Shown: positions 52,939-64,000 of the stretch, in pieces
Position numbering within the stretch: position 1 is the stretch's first letter
How the letters are laid out: each line of letters begins with the position of its first letter
Source: Octopus sinensis
Taxonomy: Eukaryota
NCBI RefSeq assembly: GCF_006345805.1
Contig: NC_042998.1
Span: forward strand, 120,528,001 to 120,592,000
DNA length: 64,000 nucleotides
Direction: 5' to 3'
Notes under the pieces: generated by a model
What the model was told of the DNA's origin: nothing
Seen by the model: only the letters and a program-made list of their open reading frames with translations
Database searches by the model: none
Position numbers and translations under genes: made by a program

Positions 52939-54254
52939 CAAAGATGTATTTTCTTTAAATTAGTCTTTTGGGATCAAAGCTACTTTTAGAGCAAGTTTAT
53001 TTTTCTCCAGATATTATATATGTATGTTATGGTAGTCTTGACTTTGAAATAGTGTACAGCTGTGAAATATGTATGTGGTATGGAAATATATACCTCTTAT
53101 GTCCATTTATGCTATTTCTGTTTTATTTGGGGATTTGAGGAGTAAAGTCTGGCCTTTATTTAGATTGTCATTTTTATTGGGTACAGGCTTATTTGTTTCT
53201 GGATTGCAGAATTTTGCACAATCTATTTTTTTGTACTTTTTATGCATCAAATTCAAAGTACGCATTCTCCCTTTAACATTGGGTTGAATGATACGGGTTT
53301 TCATTTATATTGATTGTGATGGGTTTTTCTTTTTTTTCTGTTTTGGGCTGAATCTGTCAAGTGGTTATTTGACTTGTTCTTCGTTAATGTGTTTACATGT
53401 GGTGACTGATCAACACTTAGTGTGAACAATTGCAAATATTACTTATATTACACAAAGAGCAATAAAATTAAAATAAGTTTACCTATACAGGTACCCTTCA
53501 ACATTTCGTCAGTTGTTTTTGATTTTCTTTGTTGTATTTCATCAATGTTAAATGATGTTTTCGGAGCAGTGAAGTAACAATGCCTGTCGTTATTCAATTC
53601 AATCCTACTTGCCTGTTATTCAGCTCAGTGCTACCTGTCTGTTCAACAGATGAGTGACACAAGCCAACAAGGGAACCTCTACAAGGTTGCTTAGCTTCTA
53701 GAAGTAATAACCTAAGTCTCTCACATCACACCTTACCATCTTAAACCACATGATACATTAAACAATGTAGTCCTAGATAAACAAAACGATAGGATTGCCA
53801 AAGCTGGAGTGTCTTTAACCTGGGGCTAAACAACGTTAACAGGTGAGTGACAATGTGTCTATACAAATATAAAGGAAAGGAAAATAAACTGTTTTTAATT
53901 TGCTATAGGGTCACTTAAAAATTAAAGATATTGCTAATTAGAGACAATACAGAAAACATGAGAAGTTCCTCTCTCTTTCATTCTTGTATAATAATTGGTT
54001 CACAATTGAGTAGTCACTTTCGTCTTCTGAATGGATAACATATGGGTTATGAGTTTCAGAAACATGACAGGATATGGGACAGCAGAAGGAATTTTCAGCA
54101 GACATTAGTAATTTGATTGCTAGGATAAATTATTTAACACACTGGATAATAGCTGTAGCTTTCATGATATTTGCAGCCAGAACAGGTCAAGATCTTGTAA
54201 CCAAGACCTCTCCCATATGATATCATTTGTCTTTATTATTATTATTGGGAGCAG

Positions 54255-55230
54255 TATGTTAGCAGAATCATTTGAACATCATATACTTGGACAGGGGTAA
54301 TTGGCTTTCCCCAAATTTATAACCTTGATACTTATGTTAGGAGCAGTTGTTATTATTGGATCAAATTCCACTAAGTTCAAATTTGTCTTTCATCTCTGAG
54401 TTTGATTTAATTGACTCACCTCCACTTCCTAAAATTACTGACCTGATGCAATGGATTTGCCAGGATTGTTAGTATAAAGCAAAATGCCTTGCTGTTGTTC
54501 TTCCTGCTCTTTGCACTGTGAGCTTAAATTCTTCTAGGGTCAGTTTTGCCTTTCGTCCTTTGAGAGTTGCAATGGTATCAATCAACTAACCTCCTTTGCA
54601 TATACATACACATGTATACATGTATTTAGGCACAAAGCTAGGAATTTTGAGGGGTCTTTCCTCAAAATTCCTAGCCTTAAATCAGAAACAGTTATGAAGG
54701 CAGTGGATTGCCAGAATCATAAGAGTGTTGCATTGCTCTATATTCTGAGTTCATCTCCTTTTCACTCCAGATAAAATAAATTATCTGTCAAGTACTGGAG
54801 TTAATGGTATCGACTGACCCCTTCTGCCTAAATCAGAAACCATTATTACTTCAGCTTTACATTCTGAGTTCAAATGTTGCCAAAGAGTTTGAATTCTGCC
54901 AAGGTCAGTTTTGCCTTTCATCCTTTCGGCGTCAATAAGTAGCAGTTGAGTCCCCTCCCCCAAATTTCAGGCCTTGTGCCTATAGTAGAAAGGATTATTA
55001 TTATTATTTAAGTAGTGAGCCTACAGGATCATTAGCATATTGGACTAAATACATAGCAGCATTTCTTCCGGCATTATGTTCTGAGTTCAAATTCTACTGA
55101 AGCCAACTTTGCTTTTCATCTTTTGGGGTTGATAAAATAAGTACCAGTCAAGCGCTAGGGTCAATGTAATTTGCTATCCCCCTCCCTCCCAATTTCAGGC
55201 CTTGTGCATATAGTAGAAAGGATTATTATT
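54255..55230 (+). mobile_element. Cluster of about five complete or partial family A SINEs
   Basis: Repeated cagaatcatt heads, ttctgagttcaaat B boxes, ctttgcctttcatcc cores and ggccttgtgc...tagtagaaaggattatt tails. Confidence 0.8.
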
Positions 55231-58099
55231 ATTTTATCTGTATAAATAATGGCTTGATGGACACCTGAATAGTTTCCCTAAGTTCATTTTGGACAACCTG
55301 CATGTAAAATGGTTATGGTCAACAAATACTGTGTATTCAGACCATAGTATTGCTATATTCTGGAATGTCCATGTATTTATTCTTAGAGATAATCTGTCAA
55401 TATCTTTACAGAAGTGGTTGTGTATCATTTCAGTTGTACCAATTAAAAATAGGATGATGGACACATGGTGGATTCCTACCACTGCTGAAAAATGATACCC
55501 TATTTATGACTTATTGTTATGATCCTTATGCTCATTGGTAACATTAATATTACAAGCAATATTATTACTACAAGCGTCATTACCATCATTTCCTCTATTT
55601 ACAGCATTACTAAATAAATTGTAACACATAACATTTACAGCTTCAATTTCTAACTTCATCAGCCAACGTCTTTCGTTACTGTGTGATTCAATGTTATCCT
55701 TCAGATGGCTAAATGTTTGTGCTTTTTGATCAGCTGTTCTATGTTCTGTGCAGTTTAAATTTGGGTATAGTTGTTTTCAGTGTTGATGTTGATTACCTTT
55801 ATAATGTGGGAGCATTTAATACAGCTCTGTAGTGTCAGAAAACATTTAAACTTACTTGTTTTGTCCCTCTTGTACTCCGCCTTATTGTCGCTAGATGTTG
55901 TTGTTGTATTCTTTATATCTTGAGAAAACAAACATTTGTCCATTACTGTGTGCATTGTTGGTGTTAATTGCATGAGTTCTAGTAAAAAAAATATATGTAA
56001 TAAAATATATATTTTGAGGGATTTCATATCTTCATGCTAAACATGCTTGGTTGGCAAGAAAGTTCATTATCATCTTCATCATTGTTAATGTTATAAAATG
56101 AGTGGCAGGTACATAACTGACTTTACCACTCTCCTACATATTTGTGATGTTCTGCAAGTGTAAGAAATTATTATTACTTTTATTACCATCACCATCATTA
56201 TCATCATCATCAGATATTACATTTGGTTCAAACAGAGGCCTGAACTTATGGCCATCAGTGATATCATGTAACTTAACCATCCATCGTATTATTGGTAGCA
56301 TAATATGTTAGTTCAAATAGAAATGGCTTTGTCCTGGGATCCAGTTAGACTGTTTGGTATGCAGACTCTAGTTGAGATGACTTTACTGCCAGCAATGATT
56401 AAGTGTAAATATGTGAGTGACAGACAATCTATTTACTTAAATAAAAAATGAAATGAGAATAATGAACTACTCTTTATTTCAAACTTATATTTTCTTAAAA
56501 GAAGTCATTTTTAAAACTACAGCAAGTATTAATTACATTTGTGTGTTAAGTAAAAGAAAGCAATAGATCTGAAGTCTGGCAGTGAAGTTCCTTCAACCAG
56601 TCCTCTTCTGGACCTTATTGGTATATTTAAATTAAGGTATAATAGTCATCTTCATTCTTTCTTCAACCTTTCCTTATTATTAATAGTATCAGTATTATTC
56701 ATTCTATCTATTATTATTCTTTCTTTACTAGTAAATATATTCTGATAGATTTAAGTAACATATTTTGTATCTTGAGAATTTATAATGTTATAAAACAACA
56801 GGGAATAGGTATGCATTGTTAATCATCCATCTTCCCTTCTATCCACCCACCCTAACACTAGTGCAGCATTTTGTTTAGGTGAATGAGCATTTATTGCTTT
56901 GTTTTTCTTTTTCTTTTTCCACTGATTATTGTGTACAGATCTAGCTGTTTTACATTTCTTATCCTCAATATTTAGGGAATGGCTGAAATTATTTTATAAC
57001 TTTTGGCTATGCGACAAGGAAAAAACCAACTATCCCGAAATAAAAATAATAAAAAAAAAACCCACCTTATATATATATCAAACTCTAAAAATTCTGTTCC
57101 TATATGACTTAAAGCAAATAAAAAAGTTTCTGTTTCCTGTATAACATCAAAGAAAATTAGTATCAGAAGCCTGTAACCACTGGTGTTATTTCTCATGAGG
57201 TGTTAAATACCTATGATCTTGACTAAGCAATATTTGATACCAATACTTTGGTATCAGATTAACACCAAACGTTTTGTTCTTAATTTTTTTTTATGTAAAA
57301 AGTAATAATGATAATAATAATAATAATATGTAAAGTTGTTTTTTTTAAAAAAAAAAAAGAATTATTTTTTAATGATGCTGTTTGTCTGAAAGTGATCAAG
57401 AGTTAGTTTAGGTCTGTTTTGATCAGACAAAAAACCTGGATAATAGACATGTATAAATTGTATCAGTTGCATACAAATGCTGATTGCATTGAGCTGCTAG
57501 CAAGAGAAAATAAAATAAAATAAAATAAATCAGTTTACAAGATCAGTTTTATGTTCATAGACTTGTGTCATTTGTAATTCTCATTCAATAGTTCCTTCGC
57601 CTAATTTATATTTCTTTGTACATTAAAAACAAACCTTTGTTGTTGTTGTTATTAATGTTACTATTATTATCATCATTATTATTATTATCCCTTATATGTA
57701 TTTTTTTTCCCCTTTCCCTCAGTATGTTGTATTTCCATGAGCCTGTCAATTAAACATGGACTAAACAGTCCAGAAGCTGTAAATATAAACATTTAGTAGT
57801 GTCAAAGATTTCCGAATAAAACTTGTTTTTGTTATATTAATCAAAAGCGTCATCATTTCTACCTATGCAGTTTTTTTGTTTTTTTTTGTATTGTTTTGAA
57901 GTTAATTTTACATTAAAACAACAGGAGAAAAGAAGCATTATATTATTTTAAATTGTGTATTATTTGAAATAGTGGTTGTAGTATTACTAGATAAATGAAT
58001 TAGTGATTTTAATATCACTAGTTAACTGAAATACTATTTAAATACTAACTTTTGTAAGACTAGATAATTCTTTGAAATGATGACTCTGTCACTAGGCCT

Positions 58100-59400
58100 C
58101 TGAAATAGTGGCTATAGTTTAATTAGATCACAAAACAAGATGATTATAGTGTAAGTAGACTAAACATGGTGACTACAGTACAAATAGATCACAGAACATG
58201 GAAACCATAGCATAAATAGGTCACAGAACATGGAAACTATACATATGTAGATCACAGAACATGGTGACTACAACATAAGTAGGTCATAAAAGATGGTTGC
58301 TATAGCATAAGTAGATCACAACATGAGGACTATACCAAAAGTAGATCACAGAACATGGTGAATACAGCATAAGTAGGTCACACTATGGAGACTATACTAT
58401 AAGTAGATCACAGAATGTGCTGATTACAGCATAAGTAGGTCACAGGACATGGTGACTAGCACAAATAGGTCGCAAAACAGCAACCTACAATGTAAATAGG
58501 TCACTGAACATGGTTATTATAGTAAAGTAGTTCACAGAACATAGTGACTATGATGTAAGCAGATCACAAAACAACAGTGACTGTGTAAATCAGGGATTTT
58601 CAACCATTTTTTATTTATGGATCCCTTTGATTACTATTTTATTCTGGTGGGCTCCCATAGCCATTTGATATTTAAAAACTAGTTTTATAGAAACAGTTTT
58701 CAAAGTTCTTATTTTGTTTATCACACATTAATTTGTGTAGACTGAACTATGTAAAATGTTAAAGAAACTTAGCTGTTTCTTGCAATACATACATCTAAAG
58801 CAAAAAATTTTTAGGGGCCCTTAGAATACTCTTGTAGATCCCCCATTTATTTAGTTGTATGGACCCACAAAAATCTTATATGGTCCCCAGTTGAGAGCCA
58901 CAGAACATGTTCACTATTGCATAAGTAGGCCACAGAACATGGTGTTTATAATGTAAATAGGTCACAAAACAGTGACTGTAGTATAAGTTTTACAGCATGA
59001 TAAGTATACTGTAATTAAGTCACTGAATTTTAAATAGTAAGTACAGTGTTAACAAAATATAGAACATGGTGGCTATATAAGTAGGTGACAAAACATGGTA
59101 TATATGGTGTATATACTGTATATATGTAGTATTGGTGGATTGCTGAACAAAATGGTTATATTACTAGAACATAAATGGTGTCTATAATGTAAGCCAAAGT
59201 ATGATGGTAATTGGTTACATCATAGTGACTGTAATGTAACTGGGTTGTGGAATATGGAAATTGAAGAAATTAGTACATAACGTTGCATGGTGATTATAGA
59301 ACATGACTATCTGTAGTGTAAGTCATGAAACATGATGACTTTTGCAAGTTACAGCATATGGTGTCTGTAAAATGTAAATAGTGTCTGTGGAGTATCTGTT
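58100..59400 (+). repeat. 32-bp minisatellite, degenerate toward both ends
   Basis: Consensus about AAGTAGRTCACAGAACATGGTGACTAYAGCAT; clearest at 58150-58590 and 58900-58990. Confidence 0.9.
58591..58903. mobile_element. hAT-like MITE inside the 32-bp minisatellite
   Basis: Ends CAGGGATTTTCAAC / GTTGAGAGCCACAG resemble CAGTGGTTCTCAAC-type TIRs; repeated subterminal GGA(C/T)CCC motifs; no 8-bp TSD recovered. Confidence 0.65.
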
Positions 59401-59432
59401 AATATGGTCACTTATTACTACAGCAGCTATCT

Positions 59433-59553
59433 TAACTCTTTAATCATGCATTATCTTGTAACTTTGAGATTTTGATGATGTAATTGTTTATATTTAGAAT
59501 GACAATTAGAATATTTCAGCTGAACATGGCTGGTTTCAGTACTAAAGTGTTAA
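59433..59553. mobile_element. Internally deleted copy of piggyBac-type MITE family 2
   Basis: taatcatgcattatcttgta...gattttgatg and ...ggtttcagtactaaagtg|ttaa match the two complete copies. Confidence 0.65.
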
Positions 59554-60022
59554 GCATGTATTCTCTTTACGTTTTTAGACATTTTTTAAGCATTTGAGAT
59601 AACTAGGTAAACATTAAACACTTGGGGGTTTATAATCAGCACATTAAACACTCCGGGTAATATGTAGCTCACTGGATATTTGAGGTGATATGCTATGCAC
59701 TGAACATTGAGCAGAAGTTAACTGATGGTACACTCAAAGAAGTTTATCAAGTAACACAACAAGCAGTTAGTCAAAACTAACATGTGGCACATTGAATATT
59801 TGGTAGGGATAACATGTGATACAATGGGTACTTGAAGATGAGATGTATGTAACACAGTAAAACATTTTCGGCTAACATGTGGCACACTGCAGTTTTTCTT
59901 TATTTTTATTTTTGTTATACTAAACACATTTAAGTAAGTTGTATTAAAAGAAATATTTAACCATATTTTATCTGAATATTTTGTTTTATTTAGAGATTTA
60001 TTATCAAATAATAATAATAATG

Positions 60023-60055
<33 letters not shown>

Positions 60056-61683
60056 GCTCAAAAAGATTGGTACAAAAGTAAAGATAGAAACTTATAAAAA
60101 TCACCTTTGCTTGGAACTGCAAGAGTTCTCCACAGGGTTCTTGAAGCATAAGTAAACAAGTGTCACCTTAGTCTGCTGGCTGTGGGTAGCTGACACTTTC
60201 CATCATATGCAACAAAATAAGCTGAGGGTTTTCATCAAATGATATTAATATGGAAGTATAAACTATTATAAATTATTTTAATGTGAAGATAATTTTCCTA
60301 AGTCTTTTAAATTTGTCATTGCTACTACATAACATTATTATATCATAATACTAATAATGATAATAATTCTTGCTGACAAAAGCTCAAAGCCAGAAATTTG
60401 GTGGTTGGGGTATTAGTTAATTAAATCAATCATGGTACATGACTGGTATTTTATTTGATTGATACTGGAGTGGTGAAAAACAAAGTTGAATCTGGTGGAA
60501 ATTAAACTAAGAATATAAAGAGCAGGTACAAATATGTCGAGAGTTTTACAGAATCATTAAAGCATCAAGTAAAATACCTTGTGGTGTTTATTCCCACAAT
60601 TTATGTTCTTATGTCAACTTTGCATCTCATCCCCCATCTGGGTCAGTGAAAAAACGCCAGTCAATACTGGGAAAGATGTAATCAACAACCTTTCCACTCA
60701 AAATTGTTGGTCTTGCACCTACATTAGAAATAAATAAAAATAACAACAATAAAAACAAAAATATAAATTTTCTAAATGGTGTGTGTGTGCATATGACTTG
60801 ACTGAATATTCCCATCATCGTGGCTATGGATTTAGCAGGACATGGCTTATTCACAGCTGCTAGTCCTCACCACACACTACAGTCTTTTGCTGCAGATGTG
60901 CTCTTTGCTAGGAACCTCTCTGTCCAGTCCTTGATATCCTCTCCCTGTTTTTGTTTTATCATCCACAAATTTATTTTCCTTCTATCCACACCCCCCCCAC
61001 ACACACACACACACACAAAAAAGATGTAGGTATAAATGTTCTGGGCCCTAACACATGATCAGAATATTGCAATTTTCACCATCTTATCAATATCACCAAC
61101 TTTAGCACTCATCTTGCTGAATCATACATATTTAGATACCTAACTATCGGCATTGCTCATCTTTGGCTCATCATCATCATCATTATCATCTAATGTCTAA
61201 CAGGTCTGAAGACTGCATGATGTTCCAATGTCTGCTTTGGCATGGTTTTTTTATGGTTGGATGCCTTTTTTAATGCCAACTATTTTACAGTGTACTGGGT
61301 GCTTTTTTTTTATAGCACCAGCACTAGTGAGGTCAGTATGCAGCCTGCAAGACTAAGATCCCCTTTGACTGAGTAAGATAACAGTAGAGAGGGACATGGG
61401 TTTATGCTGTTGGATGAGGAGTTTTAAGTGTGGGTGAAGGGGACCAGAACAGTATGGGCTTCTTGCTGCAGAGAAGCTACTCACATTATAGCAGAAAGGG
61501 TGAGTGTCTGGAGTGGAGCTGGAGAAAGATAAAAATAGTGGCAATGAAGTGTGAGAGTGGACCTTCAAGATGCAAGGGGAGACATGTGTGAAGACAGGAG
61601 AAATGGAAGTGTGGGTGTGTAATTGTTGAGAGTGAGAAATGGTTACAGTTTAGGAAAGAGAGGATGAAAATAATCTTTTCTAC

Positions 61684-61818
61684 TTTTCTACTCTAGGCAC
61701 AAAGCCTGAAATTTTTGAGGAGGGGGCCAGCCAATGTCAATTAGATCGACCCCAGTACGCAACTGGTTCTTAATTTATTGACCCCGAAAAGATGAAAGGT
61801 AAAGTCGACCTTGGCAGA
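61684..61818 (-). mobile_element. Younger 5'-truncated family A SINE
   Basis: Reverse-complement match retaining CpGs (gatcgacccc, gaccccgaaa, gtcgacc). Confidence 0.8.
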
Positions 61819-62767
61819 AGAGGGTGAATATAATGAAGAACAAATATTGAAGGATGATAGGTAAAGAAGAGGGAGGAGTAGGTTACATCTGTAGAAATTG
61901 GGTAGGCTAAGGAGTGACCAATAAAATATATGAAATGGAAAAAGTGGATCGAAGAGCAACAGAATAATGGCAATAATAGTAATAGTAGTAATAATAATAA
62001 TAATAATATGCTAGACAGGGGATGAATGAGAGAGAGATGACATCTGGTTGTGTAAATTGTGTGAGACAGACATAGGAAATGTGGTGAAGAAGAGATGTAT
62101 AGTGATGGAGGGGATATAATTTAGTGCCTCAGGAGGGTGATCAATGTAAAATGTAAGTGGAGAGGACAGCATTAAGATGAAAGATGGATAATAAGCAAAC
62201 TGGTTCTGGTCAGCCTCTTCAACTATAACTCCAGACCAATCAAAGCCTTGGAAGTAGATTTGGTTCATGGAAACTGAAAGAAGGCTATTGTGTGTGTATG
62301 CATATGTCTGTGCATTTATTTACTTCTGTAATTGTTTGTATGAAAGTGAAGCTTGTGGTATTGTCAATTTTCCCTATCAACAAATCATCCAGGAACTTCA
62401 TGCCTTCAAAGCTGTATACAATATGTGATCCCTTACTTGAAAAAATTTTTAAAAAACAAACAGATAAAGATCAGCATCAGGAAGAGCATCCAGCTATAAA
62501 ACAGTGCCTCCAATTATATATTGATCTAACCCATTCAAGAATGTAAAACAAATGAACCAATATAATATACACATGTATGTGTATGCGATATATATATATA
62601 ATGTGTATGTTTTATTTATATTTTAACCCATAAGTTGATTGATTGCCTTTACAACAGTGGACCATAAAATGCTAAGGGTGGACATGTACATTGGGACTGG
62701 TAGTATTTTGTAAAGGTCACTTGATGTGGCAAGTGTGGAAAGGTCTTTAAGCTTATTTTCATGCTGT

Positions 62768-62867
62768 NNNNNNNNNNNNNNNNNNNNNNNNNNNNNNNNN
62801 NNNNNNNNNNNNNNNNNNNNNNNNNNNNNNNNNNNNNNNNNNNNNNNNNNNNNNNNNNNNNNNNNNN
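62768..62867. other. Assembly gap (100 N)
   Basis: Run of exactly 100 N, i.e. a placeholder of unknown true length. Confidence 0.99.
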
Positions 62868-62874
62868 TATAAAC

Positions 62875-63055
62875 ATCTGCATCTCATCTAAGTTAATTTT
62901 TTTCCTCATCAATGCTCTATAACTCATTCAGAAGTTTAGTTACTAAAAAGTTATCAGTGTGTGTGTTTATTGATAACTCTTTTAATAACTGGAACTTCTG
63001 AATTAGTTATAGCACAACTGATTAGAAATAGAATTAGCCTAGATCAGATGCAGAT
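62875..63055. repeat. Fold-back inverted duplication (82-85-bp arms, 14-nt loop)
   Basis: 62875-62956 versus 62971-63055, about 80 percent identical by hand alignment. Confidence 0.85.
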
Positions 63056-63870
63056 TGGCTTTCTGCCAGGAAGAGGTACTACTAATCCCCTATTCCTGGG
63101 GAGAGATCTGCAGAAGTACTTAACATTGAAAAAGCTGATGTACCTAGTTTTTTTAAATTTGGGGAAGGCCTGTGATAGAGTTGTATGTCTGTAATTTTGT
63201 TGTTGTTAAGAAATCTAAGTATAGATGAATGGATTGTGTTGGTTATACAAACTTAGTACAAAGATATTATTAGCAAGGGTTCTACCAAAGCTCAGTCTTC
63301 AGCAATAAGCATTAAGAACTCATAAGAAATTGATTCTCATAAATGTTTGGAAGGCTCTCTTAAAGTAATTAATAGCTTCTGTTACTTAGGTGACTTAATT
63401 AGCAGTAAAGACAGATGTTCCAAAAGTATGGTAACCTGAGTAAAAACTCACTAGAAAAAGTTCACAAAACTTTTACCTATAATAATGGAACATTGGTTTT
63501 TCATGCAAAGGATTTATGAAGACTAGAAAGAAATAAAGTGAGCATGTGATGTGCTTGAACAATGGGTTACAAATGGGCTGAAAGAAAATTAGATATAAGA
63601 GGAATCAGATGTAGTGTGCAAGAGAGAAACCTGCACTAGTTCAGCCATGTGAAATGAATGGAAGATTGTAGTATAATGATGTGCCAAATGCTCGAAGTGC
63701 TTGAAACCTATAGAACAGGGAATATAGGTTGAAGTGGTGAAGGTTGATCTTAAGATATTGCACTTCCCAAAGTAGATGACAAGTAACCATGATGATCAGT
63801 GACATATGGTACTGGAGAAAATTCAACCATCTGTGCAGGCATGGAAAAGTTTATGTTAAAATGAGGGAAG
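63004..63870 (+). mobile_element. Decayed, internally deleted RTE-clade LINE
   Basis: VIAQLIRNRISLDQMQIGFLPGRGTT...LVFLNLGKACDRV, then SFCYLGDLISS and LDIRGIRCSVQER. Confidence 0.85.
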
Positions 63871-64000
63871 GGATGGAGATTGGAATGTATAATGTATATC
63901 TACATATGAGCCTTTCACCCATTTTGAACTCTGCAATTCTCCATCTGCTGCCTTTGCTGCCTATTCTATATCCACTCAACTTTCTGTCACTCCTATTCTC

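Noticed and set aside
51757-52989. Longest ORFs in the track (306 aa, 282 aa and others)
   Set aside because: Stop-free translations of TA/TATG repeats (Y/I/M/C only); no domain signal.
57723-57753. Strong acceptor (tttccctcag) giving LMLYFHEPVN* after exon M
   Set aside because: Very short, no homology, and adjacent to simple repeats; not distinguishable from chance.
48631-57850. Defined long 3' UTR ending at one AATAAA
   Set aside because: The sequence looks UTR-like, but AATAAA is frequent by chance at this AT content; the end cannot be fixed without RNA data.
58100-59400. 32-bp periodic array as a CRISPR-like locus
   Set aside because: Units are contiguous and degenerate with no unique spacers, no cas genes, and a eukaryotic context.

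Overview
AT-rich eukaryotic genomic DNA; the SINE, MITE and RTE-LINE families present suggest an octopod cephalopod (Octopus-like; inference from recalled repeat families). The window contains the 3' half of one + strand gene, a Trio/Kalirin/UNC-73-family RhoGEF. Thirteen GT-AG exons (8711-48630) join with consistent phases into a 1488-nt frame (495 aa + stop) encoding the inter-GEF linker, the second RhoA-type DH-PH module and the Galpha-q-binding C-terminal motif (DFLRALQSPIAYQKE). No upstream coding exon and no downstream Ig/FN3/kinase exon was found. The rest is intron and probable 3' UTR or flank, filled with a dead 1413-bp IS630/Tc1-like transposon, piggyBac- and hAT-type MITEs, tRNA-derived SINEs, decayed LINE fragments, minisatellites, microsatellites and a 100-N gap. 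Almost all ORFs in the supplied track are spurious. The strongest second-look items are: a palindrome made of two head-to-head decayed minimal hammerhead ribozymes (22228-22356); an 80-nt spliceosomal intron inside the transposase; a Trio stop codon overlapping a perfect splice donor, with candidate alternative last exons that would remove the Gq motif; and several fold-back repeats that could form dsRNA. I see no evidence for a wholly new multi-gene system.
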